A stretch of 64,000 bases of DNA from Bispira polyomma (Eukaryota). Below, piece by piece: positions 11,468 to 22,799 of the stretch. Position numbers and translations under genes: made by a program. The notes beneath the pieces were generated by a model. It was not told where the DNA came from. It saw nothing but the letters and a program-made list of their open reading frames with translations, and did not search any database. Within the stretch, counting starts at the first letter, position 1, and every line of letters begins with the position of its first letter. Location of the stretch: positions 19,964,001-20,028,000 of the forward strand of contig OZ287755.1 in assembly GCA_965649765.1 (NCBI GenBank), given 5' to 3'.

Positions 11468-11682
11468 CCCATGGTGGCCTAGTGGTTAATAGGTTAGCTT
11501 TACAATCACAGGCCTCTCACCAATGTGGGTTCAAAATCATGTTTAGTCCTTCATTTGGTAAAGTTTGTCACGTATTTGCCACAGGTCAGAGGTTCACACA
11601 GTGGTTTCAGCACTGGTTTCTTCCACCCTTAAATCTGGCCGTCGCAATATGACCTAAACTCTTAAAAGCCATGCAAATTCCA
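11468..11682 (+). mobile_element. tRNA SINE family B with V-domain-like core (copies ~7730-7850, 26875-27050 -, 34320-34545, 35010-35230 -, 37015-37290 -, 43775-44005, 50605-50860 -, 53185-53412, 59670-59810)
   Basis: Shared aaagtttgtcaggtacttgcc...actggtttcctccacc...aaatctggcc...gttgaaagcgacgttaaacccaaa core and tail. Confidence 0.8.
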
Positions 11683-11987
11683 ACTGCTACGTCACTGCAG
11701 CCCCAACTTTCACTTGGAATCATTTTTAATTCTAAATTTACATGAAAGAAACTTCTCCCTGAAAATATATAGATTACATCAATTTATTTATGTTCAAAAT
11801 GATCATTAAACAAAGTTTTCACATTTCAAACTTTGCTTTTGCTCAAAATTTGTTAGCTTGTCAAACTGCAGAGTGCAATTTAAGACACACGTGAAAACTA
11901 CTTCCAATTTCTTTAATTGTTGTAAGACTATTAGTCACAATTGGGTGTTAACTATATATTAGAATTAATTCCACCTTTCTTCCGTAG

Positions 11988-12026
11988 GAATCGTTAAGTG
12001 GCAGTTCATCCACATTCTCACTTGAG
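11988..12026 (+). CDS. GIT: Candidate 39-nt symmetric GIT micro-exon (ESLSGSSSTFSLE)
   Basis: Strong pyrimidine tract ccacctttcttccgtag, GAG|gtaaag donor, phase 0-0, no stop. Confidence 0.6.
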
Positions 12027-12644
12027 GTAAAGGACTTCTAACTTCTTTGCCTACCTTTTTTGTCCAAAATATATAGCATGGTGTATTTATAATAATTCTT
12101 GCCGTGAAAATCCAGCACAACATTTATTTATTTTATTATTTGTTAACTTTATTCTTTTCCTCTGTCCATCGATTGTTTATCACTAGAAAAAAAATTATAC
12201 AAAAACTTGTCTTTAGATAACCTTTCATATCCTTGACCTCTGTGTGTGGGTATTAAACCTAAACCTTTGTTTTGATATAGTGACATAGATTTATATTCTT
12301 TCGTGACATATTATAATGATAGTGTCTAATAAAACTAATGGACCTCACTACAAAAAACCACTATAGAAGCAGATAAATTAATTTTTTCAAAAAATTTACT
12401 GAAACAGATAGATTTAAATACAATTGTTTCACTAAAATTCTGAGTTAGGTTTGTGTCTAATTTTATAAAGGTGGTAGAGCAATAGGAAAAAACTACTCAA
12501 TATGATGTATGATATATTGATGATAAATTTGAAATTTATACTGAACCCCCAAAAATTTTGGGGGTCAAGACGTCTTTTAAAAATTAGGAATTCGCTCGTT
12601 GTCATCTTTCAAGCCTCCCCTTAAAATGAATCCCTGAAAGCTCA

Positions 12645-13345
12645 TCAGGAAATTATCCCATCAATTATTTCCCATCAGGAAAACTTCCCATCAGCTAATT
12701 TGAGGGGTAGGAAAATTTCCCATCAATTTTTTAAAATTAAGGTAAAATATCATTAGCATAATATTTTGCTTTACAAAAGTGTTTAACTTATGTTCATGAG
12801 AAGCTTACTTCAAAAAGGTTGTGTGATGTCATTATGGCCAATTGACAAACTTTTTCATTTCCATCCCTGAGCATAAATCAAATAACATTAGAATGTGTAT
12901 TGTGCTAATTGCCAAATGTGATCAATTTGAAGACTCTTTTATTCTGTGTTCCTGAGCACAAATCAAATGGTGTAACATTGGTCAAATGTAATTAACTTTA
13001 AGATTCTCTAATTTTTATTCCACAGTGAAAGATTTAAATGAAAAAGACATGTTTTCAATTTACTATATGTACTTTATATTATAAAATTATTATCATTGCA
13101 TTAAAAGTTGTTAAAAATTGCATATGTGATGCAAAAGTACTAACACTTGTAATGAATTCAAAATTACATAAAGTAATAGTGCTAAAACTTGTATAATGTA
13201 CCTAAAATATCATAAAAGTTATATCAAGTAATATTGTATAATTTAGTATGGAATAACTAATAAAATTTGACTATTGATGGGAAAATTTTCAACCCCTCAA
13301 TTCAGTTGATGGGAAAATATCCTGATGGAAAGTTTTCCATCATCC
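12645..13345. mobile_element. MITE with long subterminal inverted repeats of TTCCCATCA
   Basis: Left ttcccatca repeats plus ttgaggggt are mirrored by acccctcaa and tgatgggaa on the right; AT-rich centre. Confidence 0.7.
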
Positions 13346-13599
13346 TCTTAGAGTATCTACTTGTGGCAGCTTAGCCAAATGCATGACTTGTGTTCTAAAA
13401 TTGCATGCCCCTCTTATATATTTAATCATAAGTTTTACATCACACTAAATTTACAACGTTTAGCTTATGCAAGCTGTTCTGTCCCTTTTCATGAGTCCGT
13501 CGTCAAACAGCAAGAAATATCGCTAACTAGGGACAGATTATTCAGTCTAAAAAATGCCGAACTCAAGCCTTCAAGTCAGACTTTATTCATATCATACTG

Positions 13600-13792
13600 T
13601 AGACGTTGTTACCGTGGCTAACGTCAGTCTGCTGTCTTATAGCCGTGGCACGAGCCCACATAGAACTGGAGATTTCTAAAAACAGAAACCCCCCCCCCCA
13701 AAAAAAAAACAAACTTAAAAAGACATTTTCAAAAAGTTTTTAGAAATCTCCACGGCAATAAGACCGCAGACTGACGTTAGTAACCATGTCTA
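13600..13792. mobile_element. Short TAG...CTA element with a 9-bp TSD (Academ/AcademH-like MITE)
   Basis: TSD ATCATACTG at 13591-13599 and 13793-13801; long imperfect TIRs (ctaacgtcagtctgc.../...gcagactgacgttag). Confidence 0.75.
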
Positions 13793-13801
13793 ATCATACT
13801 G

Positions 13802-14025
13802 GGGCGGTATTTACAAAAGGTCTTGGGGCTTGACTTAGTCTGAAGCTTAAGATTTTATTCTTTGATTTTATTCCGAAAAGGTTAAGATATTGGTCTTAAT
13901 TCCAGTGACAGTAAGCAAAAAGATATTTGGTTATTGTTAATATTGGTCTCAACACTAACTGTAAGCACTTTTAAATATTTAAGGACATAAATATTAAGAC
14001 TACAACCTTTTGTGAATGTGGCCAC
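13802..14025. mobile_element. CTG-target Harbinger-like MITE family (also ~19947-20081, 27108-27350, 28793-29376, 38868-39073)
   Basis: GGGCxGTATT...AATACGGCCC-type termini, mostly flanked by CTG/CAG. Confidence 0.7.
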
Positions 14026-14381
14026 TGGTTTCCATAATCTACAGTTTAACCCCCTTAAAGTTGAACCTGAGTGGACTGAGAAGAATACAGTAAAACATCT
14101 ATTATCTAAACATGTAATTCCACTTATCAAAGTTCTACTTAAAGGGATTTTGACTGTATATATGTAGTAGTATATCCTGTAGTCTTGCAGTGAATTTTTG
14201 CCTCTTTAATTAACATATTTATCACATTTAATCATTTATTCAACCATAGATATTATTTCTTTGTTAATCTGTTTTCAGGTGTTTATTTCAATTTTTCAAA
14301 TATTTGTCTTTTTCTACACATTGTCTCATTTGTTACTATAAATATTTTGAATATTTTCATCAACTAAAATACTACCGGGAA

Positions 14382-14529
14382 CAGTAGAACCTCTATTATC
14401 TGATCTTCTATTATCCAAATATTTAATTTTATTACCTCATTTTCGGTCTCCCAAGTTTTGTGTTTTGCCTATTCTGTTATCCAAACAAAATTTTGCTCCA
14501 ACATGTTCGGATAATAGAAGTTCTACTGG
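14382..14529. mobile_element. Tc1/mariner(pogo)-type MITE CAGTAGAACCTCTATTATCC family (>10 copies, e.g. 35784-35979, 39345-39523, 46577-46687, 49014-49195); sister families CAGTxxAACCCCTTTAAGT (14041-14156, 27993-28542, 43568-43741, 46868-47024) and CAGTAGACTCTGTA (27638-27821, 43364-43535)
   Basis: CAG...CTG TIRs, mostly flanked by TA; 150-200 bp; dispersed through the window. Confidence 0.85.
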
Positions 14530-14839
14530 ATGGTACCGTTCACAACACAATGTGAGGATATGTCAGTGAGCCTGAGTTGCCTAAATACGCACTGACATTA
14601 TCATGTTTGTTTAAGGAGTTAAGTTTAGTGTGAGCCAAGTATAGTATAAGCTCTATTATCTAAAATTTTATCATCCAAATATTCTATTATATGAACTCAT
14701 TTTCAGTCTTTCCAATTATATATTCTCATTGTTTTATGAAGGAATGTTATTTATGAACCTTCTGTCATCCAAACAAAATATTGCTCTCCCAACATGTTCA
14801 GATAGATGAATTTCTGCTGCACATTGAGTGTTTTATATT

Positions 14840-15225
14840 GTGTGTTGTTATATCGTTTGGGTTGGTAGAAATAGATACTAAAAGTAACGTAAAGTAACTT
14901 CAATATCGGCCGATATCGGGACATAGAAAGTTGTGAAGAAACTGGAACATATCTGCAAAACGAAAGACCTGCCCGGAAAAAAAAAAGGCAAAAGGGAGTG
15001 AAAGTCGATAGATATGTTTACAAGTAAAAATGGACATAAATGGTGATCATTCATTATTTGAAAGGTATTAACCATAAAATACCATTAAAATTGTTGTATA
15101 AATGTTGTCCTTAGGTGTAATTTGTGTCTATTATGACATTGATGCATTTGTATTACACTTCGATATCGGCGCGTAAAACCCCGAACAATAAATATCAGTG
15201 ATATCGATAAACCATTTACCCACTA
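14840..15225. mobile_element. hAT-type MITE family TAGTGGGTAAAT...ATTTACCCACTA (~360 bp; copies 42885-43266, 48414-48770, 52272-52639, ~54764-55165, partial 54413-54545)
   Basis: Shared internal sequence (aacttcaatatcggccgatatcgggacatag) and TIRs; degenerate 8-bp TSD gtgtacag/gtggacac at the 52-kb copy. Confidence 0.8.
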
Positions 15226-15320
15226 CTGTGTATACACCGAGTATTTGGTCACTGCAGTCAGATGGTCCGATATAGTAGATTATAGCGTGTATTGAGTTAG
15301 TGTGTCCTATCTCCACACAG

Positions 15321-15470
15321 AGTATCTCGTCACTACAGTCAGATGGTCCGATGACCATAGACGACTACCTGGACGTCAAGCGGCTGCTGGCCGACTCTCA
15401 GGTCAGGAACCAGAAACTAGTGCAGAGCAACCAGGACCTCAAGCTGGAAATAGTGCAACTAAAGAATATG
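15321..15470 (+). CDS. GIT: GIT exon (coiled coil): SISSLQSDGPMTIDDYLDVKRLLADSQVRNQKLVQSNQDLKLEIVQLKNM
   Basis: Aligns with the GIT1 coiled coil SDGAVTLQEYLELKKALATSEAKVQQL; cacag/gtaggt; 150 nt, phase 0-0. Confidence 0.92.
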
Positions 15471-17250
15471 GTAGGTTAATACTAAAGCTAGATTATCACT
15501 TAGTGCTGCTTAAGAATGTGGTAGGTTAATACTAAAGCTAGGTTATCACATAAAGCTGCTAAAGAATGTAGTAGGTTAATACTTAAGCTAGGTTATCACA
15601 TAGTGCTGCTAAAGAATGTGGTAGGTTTGTACTAAAGCTAGGTTATCACATAGTGCTGCTAAAGAATGTGGTAGGTTTGTACTAAAGCTAGGTTATCACA
15701 CAGTGCTGCTAAAGAATGTGGTAGGTTAATACTAAAGCTAGGTTATCACATAGTGCTGCTAAAGAATGTGGTAGGTTCATACTAAAGCTAGGTAATCACA
15801 TGGTGCTGCTAAAGAATGTGGTAGGTTAATACTAAAGCTAGGTTATCACACAGTGCTGCTAAAGAATGTGGTAGGTAATACTAAAGCTAGGTTATCACAT
15901 AGTGCTGCTAAAGAATGTGGTAGGTTAATACTAAAGCTAGGTTATCACATAGTGCTGCCAAAGAATGTGGTAGGTTCATACTAAAGCTAGGTAATCACAT
16001 GGTACTGCTAAAGAATATAGTAGGTTCATACTAAAGCTAGGTTATCACATAGTGCAGCTAAAGAATGTGGTAGGTTAATACTAAAGCTAGGTTATCACAT
16101 AGTGCTGCTAAAGAATGTGGTAGGTTCATACTAAAGCTAGGTGATCACATGGTGCTGCTAAAGAATGTGGTAGGTTAATACTAAAGCTAGGTTATCACAC
16201 AGTGCTGCTAAAGAATGTGGTAGGTAATACTAAAGCTAGGTTATCACATAGTGCTGCTAAAGAATGTGGTAGGTTAATACTAAAGCTAGGTTATCACATA
16301 GTGCTGCCAAAGAATGTGGTAGGTTCATACTAAAGCTAGGTAATCACATGGTACTGCTAAAGAATATAGTAGGTTCATACTAAAGCTAGGTTATCACATA
16401 GTGCAGCTAAAGAATGTGGTAGGTTAATACTAAAGCTAGGTTATCACATAGTGCTGCTAAAGAATGTGGTAGGTTCATACTAAAGCTAGGTAATCACATG
16501 GTGCTGCTAAAGAATGTGGTAGGTTAATACTAAAGCTAGGTTATCACACAGTGCTGCTAAAGAATGTGGTAGGTAATACTAAAGCTAGGTTATCACATAG
16601 TGCTGCTAAAGAATGTGGTAGGTTAATACTAAAGCTAGGTTATCACATAGTGCTGCCAAAGAATGTGGTAGGTTCATACTAAAGCTAGGTAATCACATGG
16701 TACTGCTAAAGAATATAGTAGGTTCATACTAAAGCTAGGTTATCACATAGTGCAGCTAAAGAATGTGGTAGGTTAATACTAAAGCTAGGTTATCACATAG
16801 TGCTGCTAAAGAATGTGGTAGGTTCATACTAAAGCTAGGTAATCACATGGTGCTGCTAAAGAATGTGGTAGGTTAATACTAAAGCTAGGTTATCACACAG
16901 TGCTGCTAAAGAATGTGGTAGGTAATACTAAAGCTAGGTTATCACATAGTGCTGCTAAAGAATGTGGTAGGTTAATACTAAAGCTAGGTTATCACATAGT
17001 GCTGCCAAAGAATGTGGTAGGTTCATACTAAAGCTAGGTAATCACATGGTACTGCTAAAGAATATAGTAGGTTCATACTAAAGCTAGGTTATCACATAGT
17101 GCAGCTAAAGAATGTGGTAGGTTAATACTAAAGCTAGGTTATCACATAGTGCTGCTAAAGAATGCGGTAGGTTTGTACTAAAGCTAGGTTATCACATAGT
17201 GCTGCTTAAGAATATGGTAGGTTAATACTAAAGCTAGGTTATCACTTAGT
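15459..17250 (+). repeat. 50-bp satellite (~36 copies) seeded on the exon donor, with a 349-bp 7-mer higher-order repeat
   Basis: Unit ctaaagaatgtg|GTAGGTtaatactaaagctaggttatcacatagtgctg; a 49-bp variant recurs at 15871, 16220, 16569 and 16918. Confidence 0.97.
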
Positions 17251-18078
17251 AGGGTAATTCTAAAGCTGTGACGATCAGTTGAAAGATCTATGTATCAGTT
17301 GACTGCGACAAATATTGCGATGCATGAAATCCAGGCTTTGCCACTCGATCATGTATATTTTACTCCTGTTGGTTGAATTTTAGTATGCAACCCAAAGCAC
17401 ATTGTTGCCAAGGAAAAATATAAATAATTAGATCGATAAAATTGTACCTTTGTATTCATGTTACACTTAAATTTGTAGTTATATGGTAGAAAAGATAAAA
17501 AAAAATAATTGAGTTTAGGTATATGTATCAGCACTGTATTTAGTTGAAATTGTTTTTTCGATGCATCAGTCAGTCTATTTGGGCAATAATCATTTGCAAA
17601 TAACATATATTCTGACTCTCAGATTTAATTAATACACACAGCTATTAAATATTATTTTGGTTTAACAGCGCTCTTGTTGCGTCAATTGTCATAACACGAA
17701 GTAGGAAATCAATGCCCTCCCCCCCCCCCCCCCCCCCACCTAAATGATATGATAGGTTATCAGCTAGTTCTGCTAAAGAATGTGGTAAGTCATCGAATAC
17801 AATGCTACTAAAGAATATGGTAAACCTTGGTTGTGTAGTGGTAACACACTTACCTTCCACCTTGGCAGCCATCCTGGATTCGAATCTGGGTTCTGAAGCA
17901 TGTATGTGAGAAAGTTGGCAGTGGACTTGAAGTTTGGCCATTTGCACCTTGAAAACCTTCACCAACTACCCTGTTCTTGTGCGACATCTTTAATGCAGTA
18001 AGTGTCGTTGTTTTGATTTTCTGTCGAATAACCTTACAAGAGTGGTGTGTTTTTGTTTTTTTTAAACTTTCACTGCAG

Positions 18079-18267
18079 GTACAACGACTTGTTCAAGAGA
18101 GTCAGTCAGCGAAGCTTGCAAATCCCGAGCCTTCATCTAGTCATTCACACGTTGTCAGTGGCGCCGTCTCTATCCAGGATGTGGCTGTGCGAGGGGCCAC
18201 CTCTTCCACCCGCCCCATGTCCATGTTTGAACCCAGAGAGCAGGCGCGATGTCAACACATGAGCAAA
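18079..18267 (+). CDS. GIT: GIT exon: VQRLVQESQSAKLANPEP...RPMSMFEPREQARCQHMSK
   Basis: Continues the coiled coil; RPxSMxE motif as in GIT proteins; ctgcag/gtaagg; 189 nt. Confidence 0.9.
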
Positions 18268-19449
18268 GTAAGGGATTTATTTAAGAAAAACACCTATATT
18301 TAGCTAGTGGCAGAAGGAGTAGTCGATTAATGACCGCCGAAGCAGTTCGTCTTTTGGCCCGAGTCAGAAACAGGAAGCTGATTACTCGCTAAGGCTTACT
18401 TCTCACACACATACTCACATTAAAGTGATTAAACCAAAGTCTCAAATAACCACCTCTTTCTTTACTTTTTACAATATATATTTCTTAATGTTGTCAGGTA
18501 GCCATAGTAACATTCAAACAGCAGCCTTGTTTTGTTGGGGTTAAATATTTTTTTAGCGAGTATGCAACACCAAATCGATAATCATCTAGCAAGTACTCGA
18601 GGCCCATTGTCTGGCTTGCTTGCAGCCCTATATTCAGTAAATTTCTTTGAGTTTTAGTAATCTCAAAATATGCCAGAATTTATGTTTATGTACAATAAAG
18701 TTATCCAAACCCAGAGAACAGCCCTGTGTCATTACATGAGAGTCAAGTAAGAGACTTCAGAAACCCATGGGGTGGTATTTAGTATTTACTGAGGCTGCAA
18801 GTCGTAGTATGTCATTTTGATCTATTTTATTACCCTCTCGGACTCAATTCTATTGACGAAAATCAAGTTCATCCTCATGAAGTGCCTAATCTCATCGAGT
18901 ATCAATAACAAATTAATAAAGTTACAAATGGATATTGTCTATTATTTTTTTTTTTTTTTTTCCGTAGTACAAGCACATACTAAAAATTCAGCTCGATTTA
19001 GGAGCAAAATATGCATGTTTGAGGAATGGCCACATAGATTTGTCAATCAGCTGATCTATTGATCTCTCAACTAAACACTGTAGCTTGAGTATATATACTG
19101 TAAAATCTTTGGAAAAGTCCTGGGGCTAGTATCACTCAAACTTTAGAAAATGTAGCATATGGTCTCTTAGGAGAATCTGGTTTTCAGTTGTAAATTTGGA
19201 ACTGTATTGATGGGAAAGTGTGTGAAATGGTGGGTTCTTGTGAAAGCATGGTCTTTTCACATAGAGTGTTTACTGTATATGTCAAGGGTCCTCAGACCTA
19301 AACTAACATTTCACAGAGAGAGTTTACTGTACATGCCAATGTATATATCTGCCTTGTTTGTCACAGGAATTCTGTAGTGAAAAAAAAATTGTATATGCTT
19401 CCATAGTAACAGTAATATTTATGCTATGTTTTGTATTCACTTATTATAG

Positions 19450-19461
19450 GTTTCTTCGAAG
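19450..19461 (+). CDS. GIT: Candidate 12-nt GIT micro-exon (VSSK)
   Basis: T-rich tract with TGC, then ttattatag|GTTTCTTCGAAG|gtaata; phase 0-0. Confidence 0.35.
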
Positions 19462-20096
19462 GTAATATTGGTATAAATAATTCTTAGACTAACTTATGTA
19501 TATTTTTCATAAAAAAAATATTCTTAAAACCTTGATCACTTTGCTTTGCTGCTACACAAGTCATTTGTAACATAGATCACTGATATTTTGATTGCACCGT
19601 TGTTAAATATTTAACCAGTCAAATGATCTTAGCCTTATGGTAGCATCAGCGCTAGTAGCAGTTTACAGAACCTCTCTAATTATCTGAACCTCTGTTATCC
19701 AAATATCCAATGATATATCTATATATATAGTCTCATTTCCCATTCATCCAAATCTATGTCTTCTATTGCTTTATAAACTAAAATGCCTCTTCTATTATCT
19801 GAACAAACTCTTGTTCACCCAAACTTGTTCTGCTATAATTATTGCCTGTTGATTCTTCGTTAATCCCTTCTTGCCATAAATGATCCTGATTTAACCTACT
19901 ATCCATTGAGTGAAAGATACATCCCAGGTCAGAAATGTAAGGGCCTGGGCTGGTATTGACAAAGATTCTTATTCTTAGAGACTTTTATTTCAACCAATTT
20001 GATTGGCTGTTTTTATTTTTTTCAAACAAATCTGATTGGCTGAGCCTAAAGAAATTTTAAGAATGTTTGTAAATATGATCCCTGTTGACCTATGCG

Positions 20097-20455
20097 CAGT
20101 GTCCGAAACTGCCACCAGCCAGCAAGCATATTGCTTCCAAGTTTTAGATTGGGCACATATCTCTACAGAGTTGCCAGCCCATCTTGCTTGTAAATTAAGA
20201 TAAATATTTGACTAAAATAAGACGTTAGATATTTCAACATAAATGTTTGTTTAAAATATTACAAGAAATGCTTGATTTACAATTTCTTTTGGTCTTTCTA
20301 CTGTAGTCACATATAGTTTCATCTACGAATATCGGTGTAGAATATTGATCTTTTGCAGAATACTGGACATGGAACTTTCGGCTTGGGCTTTTAACTTTTA
20401 AGACTTACCATCCCACGTGGGGGCATATGAGTTTTAGTGGTAGTTTCGAACACTG
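20097..20455. mobile_element. hAT-type MITE
   Basis: TIR cagtgtccgaaactgccac / gtggtagtttcgaacactg; degenerate 8-bp TSD cctatgcg/cctttgag. Confidence 0.75.
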
Positions 20456-20460
20456 CCTTT

Positions 20461-20910
20461 GAGTTTCTTTTTAAAGTCGCGAATGAATTATAACTAGAAG
20501 AGTGCTCAGTAACATGCATATATATATACCTTCTCGAAAAAGCTAGTGCCAGAAAAAGAATAAAACATTCCTGTATCCACCCTTTCTACCTGGATCTGAT
20601 CACTAAATTTAATAGATTCTTAGGAGTTTCTTTTCAAAATGGCGAATGAATTAGAACTAGAATGACGCTCAGTAAAATGTATATATACTTTCTCCAAAAA
20701 GCTACAGTGCTAGAAAATGAATGAAAAAACATTCCTCTATCCACCCTTTCTACCTGGATCTAATCACTAAATTTGAGGTATTCTTCCTTTGCACGTGCCC
20801 TATCCCTCTAATCAAATTTATTAAAAGCAGTTCAATAATGTTGTGTGATGCCAGTGACAAACCAACCAACGGACATATGCTGAAGCATACAACCTCATTT
20901 GTGGAGGTAC
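20461..20910. repeat. ~163-bp tandem duplication involving a HINE-like (AACTAGA...AACCTC/GAGGTA) element
   Basis: gagtttctttt...aactagaa...ccaccctttctacctggatct occurs twice; ends in an acctc..gaggt hairpin. Confidence 0.6.
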
Positions 20911-21569
20911 TTTTAGACTTTTGTGGGTTATTTTATTGTCAAGCAGTGCTTACTAATTTTTTTGCGTAAAACAGTACATTTTCATGAAATTGTAAATTGA
21001 TGTACCAAAAAAAAGAAAATCAGTTTTCTATAATGTTAAAAAATTTAATTTTAATACTAATCTCACTTCATGTAGAGTTGCCATTTCTTGCTTGTTTGAT
21101 TTTCTGTGTAAGTTGTAATTTGTTTGCTCCATACATAGCAACCAAATTCCTCTTATTTTGCACCAGAATCGTTTTGTTTATTGACTGACTGTGAAAGTTT
21201 GAATCTGTGTAACATAAAGTAGACTGTTTGAAATATTGTACCAGAAATAAACCGGCGCTCTGTTTAAATTCTGTAAGAATGGCTAATTTAAACAGCATTT
21301 AAATTGCTGTTACTTTAAACTTTGTTAAAACGGATTTGGATGTAAAGTGGAATGATGCTATTTTTTCTCTTTTTTGGTCTAGAAAATGTAAAAAAAGGAC
21401 CATATTTAAAACTTCTAAAATTTATAAATTTTTATTTTGTATATAACTGTTGAAATTTTGTGAAATATCCGACTAATGAGGCTTGAAGAGATGTATGAGC
21501 ACATCTTAAAGCACATTTCAGAGAGTTTACTGTAATTACACCCGTTGTTTGTTTCTTGTATAACTAAAG

Positions 21570-21659
21570 CATCATAACCAAAAGGATCAACAGCAGATAC
21601 AACAACAGAAGAAAGACCTGTCCAGTTCTGAGAGTGTCAAAATGAGAGATATTAACAAG
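21570..21659 (+). CDS. GIT: Candidate GIT exon: HHNQKDQQQIQQQKKDLSSSESVKMRDINK
   Basis: Pyrimidine tract then taaag acceptor (alternative in-frame AG before 21585), AAG|gttaga donor; 90 nt, phase 0-0, open frame. Confidence 0.6.
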
Positions 21660-22626
21660 GTTAGACCACCTGTCAATAAAGACCACCTTTGAGGCTTTCC
21701 TTCGGTGGTCTTCACATACAAGGCTCCCTTTATTGTTGAAGTGATGATGCCTGTGTTAGAGATGCTACTAAAAATTTGCTCCTGGGGATACTATTTTTCC
21801 TGAATCATTCTGATTCCGGGACACTGCCTTAACAAGTTTCCCCAGTTGTTGGAGAAAAATTTGTAGTCTCCTAAAAGTTTTCTGTTTAAAATCCACCTTA
21901 TTAAGTGGAAATCCTGCTTAAGTAGATATATTTTTGCTGATCCATTAAGGTTCTACTTAAAGGGGTTTTCTCAAAACTTTTAAAGAAAAAATTCTGTCAA
22001 TCTGTCGCACATACACTATTATTCCCCAGAAGCATTATAGCTACTGTATAGTTTTCACACACAAAATGGTTCTATAGATTCTATATGTATATAATTGCAG
22101 CATAACAAGGTTGTGTCATCAATTCTGATTGGTTCAAAAGTATGGTAAAATCTGGAACTCCAACACAAGAAAGCTTAAGACTGTTTTCCTCCATAATGTT
22201 TCTAATATGTCTAGTTTAGTAGTTTCCCCCACACTATAGTGATGTAAATTCGAATCTTACGGCGGCCGCGGTGGCCTAGTGGTTAGGAAGCATTGCGCTT
22301 TCACAATCACTGGTCTCTCACCTCTGGGCGGCGTGAGTTCGAGTCCCGTTGATGCCTATGTGGGAAAGGTGGTAGTTCCTTACTGTGGGCCGCTGGTTTC
22401 AGTGCAGAACCTTGATCAACTGTATGCAATTTTTCCTCCAGCATTTCCAACTACCCGTCCCAATATAACCTAAACTAGGTACTAGAGTGGACATTAACTA
22501 TCCCAATTCAAATTCGAATCGTACGGTTGTAATAAGGTTTTGTCTTTGTGTCCCTACGCCAACAATCATGGTAAAATTTCCATATATCCCTGTTTTGTGA
22601 TGGGGTTGTTTTGTTTACACCCACAG

Positions 22627-22799
22627 AGTGGCTCCAGTAGTAAAGACAGCTCCCAGACGTCCCTCAAGTCTCAGTCCCGGTTAGAACACCAGACAGACTC
22701 CACAGAGTCGGATTACGACAATGCTAACGCCCCCACTTTGGAGGAGGAGGACCCCTCTAGTGTGGACGCAGAGGCTCAGCTAGAGAACGCCAGGCTCAG
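22627..22799 (+). CDS. GIT: GIT exon: SGSSSKDSSQTSLKSQSRLEHQTDSTESDYDNANAPTLEEEDPSSVDAEAQLENARL
   Basis: Conserved SDYDN/SDYEN motif of GIT; cacag/gtaaga; phase 0 to 2. Confidence 0.92.

Noticed and set aside
15459-17250. CRISPR-like array
   Set aside because: Contiguous tandem monomers with no unique spacers, eukaryotic intron context and no cas genes; the same applies to 22777-23330 and 31785-32158.
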